Assembly: GCA_963819655.1 (NCBI GenBank)
Contig: CAWFXA010000002.1
Span: 1,088,001 to 1,152,000 of the forward strand
Source: an uncultured Chloroflexia bacterium
GTDB taxonomy: Bacteria > Chloroflexota > Limnocylindria > Limnocylindrales > CSP1-4
Direction of reading: 5' to 3'
DNA: 64,000 nucleotides
Translations under genes and position numbers: made by a program
Notes under the pieces: generated by a model
The model's input: only the letters and a program-made list of their open reading frames with translations
Told to the model about the DNA's origin: nothing
The model's database searches: none
Shown here: positions 41,679 to 50,311 of the stretch, one piece after another
How the letters are laid out: each line of letters starts with the position of its first letter
How positions within the stretch are numbered: the first letter of the stretch is position 1

Positions 41679-42207
41679 GGCGGGCCTCCCCGAGGCTGCT
41701 GCCGACCGGGTCGGCGAGGTGGATGCGCAGTCGATCCAGCGCGGTCTGCAGCTGGGCCTTGACCGTGTTCGGGCTCTTGCCTAGCGTCGTCGCGACTTCC
41801 TCGACCGAGAGGTCGGCGTAGTAGCGCAGGACGACCGCGGCGCGCATCTGGGGCGGCAGCTCGGCGATGCCGTCGAGCAGCGCGATCCGCGTCGACGACT
41901 CGCTACCGATGTCGCCCGGGCTGGCTACGTCCGGCACGACCGACAGCCGCACGACGCGGCCGGTCCGCCGGCGCAGCCCGAGGGCGTGGTTCGTGGCGAC
42001 GCGCAGGAGCCACGCGCGCAACGCGCGTTCGTCGCGGATCGCCCCGCCGCGCTCGAAGGCGGTCAGGAGCGTCTCGATGACGACGTCCTCCGCGTCGGCC
42101 CGATCGCCCAAGATCAGGTAGGCGACGCTCTGGAGCTCTTTCCCGTAGGTCCCGAGCAGCGCCCCGAGCGTCTCGGGTCGACGCCGGCGAAGGGCATCGA
42201 CGGTCAT
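41671..42207 (-). CDS. ECF RNA polymerase sigma factor (sigma-70 family)
   Basis: DAEDVV, AWLLRVATN (region 2); LPPQMRAAVVLRYYADLSVEEVA...TVK (region 4). Confidence 0.92.
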   Translation of the reverse strand: MTVDALRRRRPETLGALLGTYGKELQSVAYLILGDRADAEDVVIETLLTAFERGGAIRDERALRAWLLRVATNHALGLRRRTGRVVRLSVVPDVASPGDIGSESSTRIALLDGIAELPPQMRAAVVLRYYADLSVEEVATTLGKSPNTVKAQLQTALDRLRIHLADPVGSSLGEARHA

Positions 42208-42320
42208 GGTTCCATCCCTCAGGTCCCCAGTTCTCGCGACGTTGGCGGCCGCGTCGAAGGATAGATGCGTGGGGCGGCCTTTTCGGGCTAGTGGCTGGTG
42301 CGGGGTGGCATCATCCGGGC

Positions 42321-43952
42321 GTGACGGCCTTCGACCTGCTCATCCGCGGCGGCACCGTCGTCGACGGCACGGGCGCCCCGCGTCGACCCGCCGACGTCGG
42401 CGTGCTCGGCGATCGGATCCTTGCCGTCGGAGATCTGACCGGCGTCGACGGGAACAGCACGGCGACCGTGATCGATGCGATCGGGCGCGTGGTGACGCCC
42501 GGGTTCATCGACCCGCATGGTCATTCCGACGGGTCGCTCTTCCTCGACGGGGCGCTGTCGAGCCATCTCCGCCAGGGATTCACCACTCAACTGTCGGGCA
42601 ATTGCGGCGAATTGCTCGCGCCGATCACCGACGCCGGGCGCGAGGTCGTCGAGCTCGCGCTGCGACCCAACGAGCTCGTCGCGCGGTGGCGCACCTTCGG
42701 CGAGTTCCTCGACGCGGTCGATGAGGAACAGCTGGGCCCGAACGTCGCGTTCCTGGTCGGTCACGGCACGGTCCGGGCGGCAGTCATGGGATCGGAGGGA
42801 CGCCTGGCCACCGACCTCGAGCGCCACGCGATGGTCCGCGAGGTGGACGCGGCGATGGAATCCGGGGCCATCGGCCTGTCATCGGGGCTGATCTACGCGC
42901 CGGGGATGCATGCGGACGTCGAGGAGCTGCGGGCCGTCGCCACTGCGGCCGCACGCCGCGGGGGACTCTATGCCAGCCACATGCGCAACGAGGCCGACGG
43001 CTTGTTCGGGGCCCTCGATGAAGCGGTCTCGACGATCCGTGCCGCGGCCGATGCCGGGGTCGACAGCCCCCGACTCCAGGTCTCGCACCTCAAGTGTGCG
43101 TCGCGCCCTGTCCACGGCCGCGCCGCGGAGGCGGTCGGGGTGCTGGACGCGGCACGATCCGATGGCGTGGCCGTCGGCGCCGACCAGTATCCGTACACGG
43201 CGGCCGCGACGACCCTGACGACCGTCCTGCCGCCCGCGCTGCTCGGCCTCGGGATGGAGGCGTGTGTCGCCGCGCTGAGCGACCCCGACGTCCGGGGCCG
43301 GGTCAAGTCCGAGATCGACCGCGGCATCTCCGGTTGGGAGGACATCGGGCGGGACCCGGGTTGGAAAGGGATCCGGATCTCGTACTCCGCGAGCCACCCC
43401 GACTGGTCGGGCCGATCGCTCGCCGACCTCGCGGACGAGTTCGACGCGGATCCGGCGGATCTCGCGTTCGACGCGCTCGTGGACGACCGGCTCGACGTCT
43501 CGATCGTCATCGACTGCATGACTCCCGAAGATGTCGAGACCATCCTCGGCGTGTCCTGGATCGCCGTGTGCACCGACGCGTCCAGCCGGAGGCCGGGCCA
43601 CCCGGTGCTCGATGTGGGCCGACCCCATCCGCGGACCTACGGCACCACCGCACGCGTTCTGGGCACCTACGTCCGCGAGCGCGGGACCCTCGCGCTGGAG
43701 ACCGCGGTCGAGAAGCTCACGTCGGTGCCGGCCGCCCAGATCGGCCTGCGCGATCGCGGCGTGCTCCGCGAAGGAGCCTACGCAGACCTCGTGGTGTTCG
43801 ATGCGGCGACCGTCGCCGACGTCGCCACCTACCAGGATCCGGCGCGATACCCGGTCGGGATCGAGCATGTGATCGTGAATGGACGTCCCGCGATCACCGA
43901 CGGAGCTGAGACCGGCGAGCGGCCGGGTCGACTCTTGCGGCGGGGCGTGTGA
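42321..43952 (+). CDS. N-acyl-D-amino-acid deacylase (D-aminoacylase family)
   Basis: GGTVVDGTG, PGFIDPHGHSD, GNCG, DQYPY, HPRTYG. Confidence 0.93.
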   Translation: MTAFDLLIRGGTVVDGTGAPRRPADVGVLGDRILAVGDLTGVDGNSTATVIDAIGRVVTPGFIDPHGHSDGSLFLDGALSSHLRQGFTTQLSGNCGELLAPITDAGREVVELALRPNELVARWRTFGEFLDAVDEEQLGPNVAFLVGHGTVRAAVMGSEGRLATDLERHAMVREVDAAMESGAIGLSSGLIYAPGMHADVEELRAVATAAARRGGLYASHMRNEADGLFGALDEAVSTIRAAADAGVDSPRLQVSHLKCASRPVHGRAAEAVGVLDAARSDGVAVGADQYPYTAAATTLTTVLPPALLGLGMEACVAALSDPDVRGRVKSEIDRGISGWEDIGRDPGWKGIRISYSASHPDWSGRSLADLADEFDADPADLAFDALVDDRLDVSIVIDCMTPEDVETILGVSWIAVCTDASSRRPGHPVLDVGRPHPRTYGTTARVLGTYVRERGTLALETAVEKLTSVPAAQIGLRDRGVLREGAYADLVVFDAATVADVATYQDPARYPVGIEHVIVNGRPAITDGAETGERPGRLLRRGV

Positions 43953-44734
43953 CCCGACCCGGCCGAGGCGGTGCCATGGAGGCCCCGGCCATCGCGGATC
44001 TGCCCGGCGGCCCGCTCCCCTACACGCTCCGCCACTCGCCGCGGGCGCGCAGCGTGCGGGTGGTGATCCACCCCGATCGCGGGGTCGTCGTCACGCTTCC
44101 GGCGACGCGGTCGGCGACGCGCGACAGTGAACGCCATGCGACCGCGTTCCTGGCCGAGCGTGAGGCGTGGCTCCGGCGTCACCTCGCCCGTCAGGCGCAG
44201 GTCGATGCGACGCTCGCGTCGCGGGGCGGAGCGAAGGACGGAGGCGCGGTCCCGTTCCGCGGCCGGCTCCATCGGGTCCGGGTCGTTCCCGCAGTGTCCG
44301 GGATCCGCAGGTCGGACGTCATCAGGTTCGACGATGAGCTGGTCATCCACCGCGTCGCCGCGGACCGGCGAACTGACTCCAGGATCCTCGAGGCGTGGCT
44401 GCGGCACGAGGCGCGCGGCGAGATCGAGGCCGCTGTCGTCCTGCACGCGGCTGCGCTCGACGTCCGGCCGGCCAGCATCACCTTGCGTGACCCGCGGACC
44501 CGCTGGGGGAGTGCCTCGCGATCGGGCCGACTGTCGTTCTCGTGGCGCCTCGTCCTGGCGCCTGCCGAGGCCCTCGAGACCGTCGTCTGCCACGAGCTGG
44601 CACACCTCCGTGTCTTCGGGCACGGTCCGCGGTTCTGGTCCCTGGTCGCGTCGCGCCGACCCGATCATCAGACCTGGCGCCGCTGGCTCCACGACCACGC
44701 GACCGAGCTCCACCGAGCCCTGGCGGCCGATTAG
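43949..44734 (+). CDS. YgjP/DUF45-like zinc metalloprotein
   Basis: TRWGS, FSWRL, HELAHL..HGPRFW. Confidence 0.88.
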   Translation: MTRPGRGGAMEAPAIADLPGGPLPYTLRHSPRARSVRVVIHPDRGVVVTLPATRSATRDSERHATAFLAEREAWLRRHLARQAQVDATLASRGGAKDGGAVPFRGRLHRVRVVPAVSGIRRSDVIRFDDELVIHRVAADRRTDSRILEAWLRHEARGEIEAAVVLHAAALDVRPASITLRDPRTRWGSASRSGRLSFSWRLVLAPAEALETVVCHELAHLRVFGHGPRFWSLVASRRPDHQTWRRWLHDHATELHRALAAD

Positions 44735-45456
44735 TTCGGCAGTCCCAGCGCGGGATCGCCGATGACCGTCACCGCCGAGCCGGTCCAGCGCAGCGGGTCC
44801 ACCTCGAGCTCGTCATGCGCGCCGTCGGCGATCGCCTCCCAGAGATCGAACGCAAGGTCGTCGTCGACGTCGTCGGGCAGGACCAGGAGCGTGTTGCGAA
44901 CCGGCGTGAGCAGCAGCCGCGGTTCGGAGCCGATGATCGGCTGGAGCAACTCCGGCGCCAGGATGAGGGACGACCCCCAGCCCTGGCCCTGGACCGCCAT
45001 GACCTCGATGCCATCGAGTGGGACCCGATCGACCACCGGTGGCTCTGCCTTGACCAGGGCGCCGAGGTTCTCCAACGCGGTGCCGAGCAGAGTCGCGTGG
45101 TCGATGTGCCAACTGTCCAGCAACCTCTGGCTGACATGGGAGAACGCGGGACCGAAGTCGATCCCGAAGCCCGTCCAGACGCCTGGCGGCACACGGATGT
45201 GGAGGGGCGCAGCCTCGGGCGGGTAGGGATGGTGACGCCGCTTCAGCACCGGCAGGATCTTCGGCGCGACGCTCGCCCACGGACCCGTCGGGTCGAAGCC
45301 GCGGAATGCCGCCAGGATCTGCTCCGCGAGGGCGGGCTCCATGGTCCCGCCGAGCGGGTGGATCTCGATCCCGTTAGCCGTGCGAGCGCGGCGTCCCGAA
45401 TTCCGGTGCGCCCGCCGCTCGGCCTTCGCCGCCTTCCGGTTTTTGAGTCCCTTCAT
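44731..45456 (-). CDS. Hypothetical protein (possibly DUF1444/YtpQ-like)
   Basis: Normal codon pattern; GID...VS...LDSW.ID...ALENL segment. Confidence 0.6.
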   Translation of the reverse strand: MKGLKNRKAAKAERRAHRNSGRRARTANGIEIHPLGGTMEPALAEQILAAFRGFDPTGPWASVAPKILPVLKRRHHPYPPEAAPLHIRVPPGVWTGFGIDFGPAFSHVSQRLLDSWHIDHATLLGTALENLGALVKAEPPVVDRVPLDGIEVMAVQGQGWGSSLILAPELLQPIIGSEPRLLLTPVRNTLLVLPDDVDDDLAFDLWEAIADGAHDELEVDPLRWTGSAVTVIGDPALGLPN

Positions 45457-45572
45457 GGCGGGCATCCTGGCGAATGACGCTCTCCTGCTGCGTATCCGCA
45501 TCTTCACCCGCACTCACCTGTCGCACGCGGATCGGCTGGGTCGGACGCGCATCCCGTCGGGGCTGGGGTCTT

Positions 45573-45935
45573 TCACCGCGCCAGAAGGACGGCACCGAGG
45601 GCGAGAGCGGCGGGCAGCGCCTGGACGACCAGGATGCGGCGCGACACGGTCAGTCCGCCATACAGGCCGGCGACGATCACGCACCCAAGGAAGAACAGCT
45701 TGAAATACAAGGCGCTGGGCTCGGGGAGGATCAGGCTCAGGCCGAGACCGGCCGCCAGAAAGCCGTTGTACAGGCCCTGGTTCGCCGCGAGCGTGGCCAT
45801 CGTCTCCGCCTGGTCGGGCGTCATCCCGAACGCCCGCAGCCCGCGCGGCGATCGCCAGAGGAACATCTCGAGAACGAGGATGTACGCGTGGATCAGGGCG
45901 ACGAGCGCGACGAGTCCCGCGGCGACGATCGACAC
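45573..45935 (-). CDS. DUF1304 family membrane protein
   Basis: HAYILVLEMFLW, NQGLYNGFLA, QALPA. Confidence 0.9.
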   Translation of the reverse strand: MSIVAAGLVALVALIHAYILVLEMFLWRSPRGLRAFGMTPDQAETMATLAANQGLYNGFLAAGLGLSLILPEPSALYFKLFFLGCVIVAGLYGGLTVSRRILVVQALPAALALGAVLLAR

Positions 45936-45974
45936 CGGGCCCTCCGATCCGTGACCGCGGATCGTGACATCGGG

Positions 45975-46050
45975 TGGTGGAGATGAGGGGACTCGAACCC
46001 CTGACCCCCGCGATGCGAACGCGGTGCTCTTCCAGCTGAGCTACATCCCC
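45975..46050 (-). tRNA. tRNA-Ala (CGC)
   Basis: GGGGATGTAGCTCAG...CCGCG-TTCGCAT-CGCGG...GTTCGAG...CTCCACCA, 76 nt. Confidence 0.96.
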
Positions 46051-46158
46051 ACGGGCGTCGGAGTGTAGCACGCGACCCCTCGCCGACCGCCCTCTGACGA
46101 CCGTCCCGGGGCGCGGGACTGGGGTCCCTATCGTGCAACCCGACTCTAGGCTCCGCCG

Positions 46159-47067
46159 ATGCCCGTCGGCCTCCTGAGCGGTCTCGGCGCTGCCATCTGC
46201 TGGGGCACGCTCGACCTCTTTTCCGCGCTCGCGAGTCGACGCGTCGGCAGCCTCCGGGTCACGACCGGGATGCAGCTCGTCGGCGCGGCATTCATCTGGC
46301 TCGCTGCCCTCGCGACCGGCACGACCCTGCCGTCTGACCCGTTCGTGCTGGTCGGCGGCGCCCTCGTCGGGCTGGCCGGCGCCGGCGCCTACCTGTCCTA
46401 TTTCACCGGCCTGCGCATCGGGCCGATCGCGGTGGTCAGCGGCATGGTCGCCGCGTACGGCGGGCTCACGGTCGTGCTCGCCGTCGTGATCCGCGGCGAG
46501 ACGCTGACACCGTTGCAGGCCGTGGGCGCCTTGGTCGCGACACTCGGCGTCGTTCTCACCGGGATCTCCTTCGACCAGGGTCTGCGCGGTACGCGTTTCG
46601 CGAGTCCTGGCGTCGTCTTCGCGGTGGTCGCCCTGATCCTGTTCGCGACGATGTCGATCGGCAGCGACATCGTCATCGACCGCGCGCCGTGGCTCGAGGT
46701 GCTCCTGGTGGCACGGACGGCGAACGCGGTCGTCTCGGTCATCGTGCTCGTGGTGGCATTCACGGCGCTCCGCGCCATATCCGCCCCGATGATCGAGGGT
46801 GCCGAGGGGGACGACGGGGGCGGCCGCATGGACAGACGCGTGCTTGGCGCGATCGTCCTGTCGGGCGTGCTCGACGTTCTCGGGCTGATGTCGTTCGCCT
46901 ACGGCCTCGAGCATGCCGAGACATGGCTGGTCGGCCTGGCCTCGTCGTTCGGGCCGGCCGTCACGATCGTCGTCGCGGTCGCTCTGCTCGGTGAACGGCT
47001 CCGACCCATCCAGTGGGTCGGCCTGGGCGGGATCCTGTGCGGGATGATCGCGATCGGCTTGCCCTAG
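46159..47067 (+). CDS. EamA/DMT family transporter
   Basis: AAICWG, about ten TM helices, LGERL; TAGGCT -10 box just before ATG. Confidence 0.88.
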   Translation: MPVGLLSGLGAAICWGTLDLFSALASRRVGSLRVTTGMQLVGAAFIWLAALATGTTLPSDPFVLVGGALVGLAGAGAYLSYFTGLRIGPIAVVSGMVAAYGGLTVVLAVVIRGETLTPLQAVGALVATLGVVLTGISFDQGLRGTRFASPGVVFAVVALILFATMSIGSDIVIDRAPWLEVLLVARTANAVVSVIVLVVAFTALRAISAPMIEGAEGDDGGGRMDRRVLGAIVLSGVLDVLGLMSFAYGLEHAETWLVGLASSFGPAVTIVVAVALLGERLRPIQWVGLGGILCGMIAIGLP

Positions 47068-47615
47068 CCCGCGTCGGTGTCGCTCTTCTCGGGCGGGGCG
47101 TGATGGACGGTGCCCGGGAATGCGCGCATCAGGATCCGCAACAGGCGGTGCAGCTCCTCACGGTCCCTGGCGCTCAGCACAGACGCGAACTTCGCTTCGC
47201 GCGCGGCCTGCGTCCCCACGGTCCGGTCCCAGATCTCGTGACCGGCCTCCGTCGGCTCGACGAGCGTTCCCCGCCGGTCGTGCGGATCGGGCAGGCGGCG
47301 AACGAGCCCCGCCGCCTCCATCCGGTCGAGCCGGTTGGTCATCGCCCCGCTGGAGAGCCCCATGTGCTCGGCCAGCTGTCCGGCCGAGTGCCGGTAGGGC
47401 GGCCCGACCTTCCGCAGCTTCCCGAGCACATGGAAGGACCGGCGGTCGAGGCCTGATGCGACAAGCGTCTCGTCGAGCGATCGATCGAACGCCTTGGCCA
47501 GCTTCTGGATCCGCTCGACGATCCCTTCGGTGACGGGATCGAGGTTTGGGATCTCCCGGGCCCACACCTCGAGCATCGTGTCGAGGTCGTCGAGCTCCTC
47601 CGTTTTCGTCGTCAT
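47064..47615 (-). CDS. MarR family regulator (PecS/TamR-like)
   Basis: WAREIPNLD N-terminal helix, SSGAMTNRLDRME, DPHDRR. Confidence 0.92.
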   Translation of the reverse strand: MTTKTEELDDLDTMLEVWAREIPNLDPVTEGIVERIQKLAKAFDRSLDETLVASGLDRRSFHVLGKLRKVGPPYRHSAGQLAEHMGLSSGAMTNRLDRMEAAGLVRRLPDPHDRRGTLVEPTEAGHEIWDRTVGTQAAREAKFASVLSARDREELHRLLRILMRAFPGTVHHAPPEKSDTDAG

Positions 47616-47639
47616 GGAGGGATACTCCGCCCAAAGTCG

Positions 47640-47755
47640 TTCGATGTCAAGAGATTTAACATCAAGACTCTTGACATGAAGGCATCAGCGTCGGTAGCCT
47701 TTCGGCATGGTAGTTCGATATCAAGAGATTTCATATCGAGAGGATCGATATCGAG
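47640..47755. promoter_or_regulatory. Six MarR operator palindromes in two arrays of three
   Basis: 12-bp units near CTTGAYRTCAAG at 47640/47655/47670 and 47714/47729/47744, exact 15-bp period. Confidence 0.8.
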
Positions 47756-47770
47756 GGAACGGAGGACACC

Positions 47771-47989
47771 GTGACTGACCGCCGATACGCCGCGACCCCG
47801 TGGGAGGTCGAGGCCGAGCGACGCCGCGAGGTCATCGAGGCAGACGCGCGGCATCCCTCGACAACGACCGAACCAGGGCGCTCATCGTTCGTGGCCGCTC
47901 GAGGACGCCGACTCCTTCGATCGATCCAGGGCGGTTCGCTCGACGAGGCGCCGGGTCAGGCCGGCAGGCTGAACCAGAAGCGCGTCTGA
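47771..47989 (+). CDS. 72-aa hypothetical protein divergent from marR
   Basis: GGAGG RBS before GTG, directly after the operator array. Confidence 0.6.
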   Translation: MTDRRYAATPWEVEAERRREVIEADARHPSTTTEPGRSSFVAARGRRLLRSIQGGSLDEAPGQAGRLNQKRV

Positions 47990-49020
47990 CCGTCGCGCGA
48001 CTCGGCCCCGACCCGACCGCCGCCCTGCTCCACGATCTGCTTCACGATCGCGAGACCGATGCCGGCGCCGCCGCGCCCACGATCGCGCGACTTCTCGACC
48101 CGGTAGAACCGTTCGAACACGTGGTCGAGATCCTCGGCCGGGATGCCGTCGCCCGTGTTCGAGATCGACACGAGCACGTCGTCGGGTCGTCGCTCGGCAC
48201 GCACGCGGACGACGCCTCCCGCGGGCGTGTAGCGGACCGCGTTCGACAGCAGATTCGCCAGGACCTGCGCCAGTCGATCGGGGTCCGCACGCGCCGGCAG
48301 GGATGACGGGACATCGATGTCCAGGCGCAGGTCGGCGCGCTCCAGCGCGGGGGCGGCAAGGTCCAGCGCCGACCGGACGGCCGCTGCCAGGTCGAGCTCG
48401 ACCGACTCGGGCAGGCCGGTCGCGGCATCTCCTTCCGCGAGCGCGTCGAGCGAGCGCGACAGCCGGACGAGTCGATCGGCTTCCTCGTGGAGCAATTCGT
48501 AGGTCGCCCGATCGGCCGTGATGACACCGTCGCGCAGCGCCTCGAGATAGCCCTGCAGGTTCGTCAGCGGGGTGCGCAGCTCGTGCGCCGCGTTCGCGAT
48601 GAAGTCGCGGCGCATCGCCTCCTGACGTTCCAGCGAGGCGGCCATCTGGTTGAATGAATCGGCGAGGCTCGCCAGCTCCTCCGGTCCATCGCGCGGGACG
48701 CGAGCGGCGTAGTCGCCATCGGCGATCCGCCGCGCCGCCTCGCCGATCTCCGCGAGGGGTCGCGCGAGCATCCTGGCCAGGACGATCGCGAGCACGACGC
48801 TCGCGAGGACCGCGACGATCGATGCCGCGACGACCACGGTCGTGACCGAATCGGCGTACATGTCGCGGGCGTGCTCTGCCGAATCGCCGAGCTCGGTCAT
48901 CAGGGCCGTGAAGACCTCGGCGCCGACGACGGCGACGCCGATCACGAGGATCAGGAGGCCGACCGCCGCACTGGCGATCGCCGCAAGCGCGATCCGCGCC
49001 GCGATGCCGCGCGCGATCAC
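47956..49020 (-). CDS. HAMP sensor histidine kinase (BaeS-like)
   Basis: Two TM, HAMP, AHELRTPL, NLLSNA, FYRVEKSR, GIGLAI. Confidence 0.94.
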   Translation of the reverse strand: MIARGIAARIALAAIASAAVGLLILVIGVAVVGAEVFTALMTELGDSAEHARDMYADSVTTVVVAASIVAVLASVVLAIVLARMLARPLAEIGEAARRIADGDYAARVPRDGPEELASLADSFNQMAASLERQEAMRRDFIANAAHELRTPLTNLQGYLEALRDGVITADRATYELLHEEADRLVRLSRSLDALAEGDAATGLPESVELDLAAAVRSALDLAAPALERADLRLDIDVPSSLPARADPDRLAQVLANLLSNAVRYTPAGGVVRVRAERRPDDVLVSISNTGDGIPAEDLDHVFERFYRVEKSRDRGRGGAGIGLAIVKQIVEQGGGRVGAESRDGQTRFWFSLPA

Positions 49021-49073
49021 TGGCGAGCCTCGCTGATCAAGGGCGACCATCCCATGTCGCCCTCAGCCACGAT

Positions 49074-49195
49074 GTGTGCCTGTGACACACGATCGGGACG
49101 AACTCCTCGTGATCGATCGCCCAGACGACATGTTTTCCGCACCCTGGGCAGATGGCCATGCTCATCCATCCGAATCGTGTGTCTGACGCTGACAC
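49074..49195. repeat. Palindromic element between response regulator and kinase
   Basis: GACACACGAT (49084) / ATCGTGTGTC (49174) core with imperfect extension both ways. Confidence 0.6.
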
Positions 49196-49207
49196 TCCCG
49201 GGCGTGG

Positions 49208-49948
49208 TCACGTCCGGGCCGCCCGGTAGCCGACACCGCGGACCGTCTGCACGTAGCGCGGGGCGTCGGGGTCGTCGTCGAGCTTGTCGCGCAGCCGGCG
49301 GATGTGGACATCGATCGTCCGGTCGAGGATCTCGGCCGCCTCGTGGCCGTAGACCGCGTCGAGCAGCTGGTCGCGCGACAGGACGCGGCCGTCGGCGGCG
49401 AGGATCGCCTCGAGCAGCCTGAACTCGACCCGCGTCAGGTCGATGACCTGGTTACCTCGGCGGACCTCGTGGCGTGCCGGATCGATCGTGAGGTCGCCGT
49501 GGCGGAGGATCGGCGCAGATCGGCCGGTCGTGGTCGCGGCGGTCGCAGTCCGGCGGAGGATCGACTTCACCCGCAGGACCAGCTCGGCGGGGGAGAAGGG
49601 CTTGGGCAGGTAGTCGTCCGCGCCATCCTCGAGGCCGGCGATCCGATCGATGGTCGAGCTGCGAGCGGACAGGACAAGGATCGGCGTTCGGCCGGCCTCC
49701 TCGTCACGTCGGACGGCCCGGATGACGGCCCGGCCGTCCAGTTCGGGGAGCATCAGGTCGAGCACGACGAGCGCGGGAGCGTGTGTCTCGATCGCATCGA
49801 GCGCAGCCGGGCCGTCGGACGCCGTCACGACGCTGAAGCCATCGCGCTCCAGGTAGGTCCGCACGAGCCGGACGATCTTCGCGTCGTCGTCGACGACGAG
49901 GATCGGCGCTTTCGGGATCGCTGGGTCGGAGGTCGGAGTGGTGGGCAT
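49208..49948 (-). CDS. OmpR family response regulator
   Basis: ILVVDDD, LDLMLP, GADDYLPKPF, TIDVHIRRLR, VRGVGY. Confidence 0.96.
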   Translation of the reverse strand: MPTTPTSDPAIPKAPILVVDDDAKIVRLVRTYLERDGFSVVTASDGPAALDAIETHAPALVVLDLMLPELDGRAVIRAVRRDEEAGRTPILVLSARSSTIDRIAGLEDGADDYLPKPFSPAELVLRVKSILRRTATAATTTGRSAPILRHGDLTIDPARHEVRRGNQVIDLTRVEFRLLEAILAADGRVLSRDQLLDAVYGHEAAEILDRTIDVHIRRLRDKLDDDPDAPRYVQTVRGVGYRAART

Positions 49949-50023
49949 CGCGAGCATCGTAGGACGAGCCTGGGAGTTGGCCGTGTCGATCACGTGACGG
50001 AAGCTCCGGCCTGTCGCGGATTT

Positions 50024-50240
50024 GCATTCGATACGCAGTCGTCGACAGCCGCTTGCATCAGACGCACGCACTCGTGTGGTGAAGGCCTGCGCGTGTCGGC
50101 CGCGCGGCAACAGACGCCGGGTTGATCGCGATGTTGCCGCCGGAGGGCGTGTCTCCAGGTCTCGCGTGTCGGCGATGCGTCGTCTGATGGCGGACGATCG
50201 ACGTTCGATCCCGGCCTGACATCGAGGTTCGCTCGAATGC
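50024..50240. repeat. Nested imperfect inverted repeat upstream of the imuA promoter
   Basis: GCATTCGA/TCGAATGC outer and CATCAGACG/CGTCTGATG inner arms. Confidence 0.5.
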
Positions 50241-50273
50241 TTGCATCGGGCGCAAGTCAGGGGCTAAAGAGGC

Positions 50274-50302
50274 TTGTCTGTCTAGAACATATGTTCTACT
50301 CT
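50274..50302 (+). promoter_or_regulatory. LexA box within the imuA promoter
   Basis: Perfect palindrome TAGAACATATGTTCTA (50283-50298) between TTGTCT and TACTCT (17-nt spacer). Confidence 0.9.
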
Positions 50303-50311
50303 AGGTGTCCG

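Noticed and set aside
40107-46050. Integrative element between the two tRNA-Ala genes
   Set aside because: Both tRNAs are complete with different anticodons; no integrase or att duplication seen
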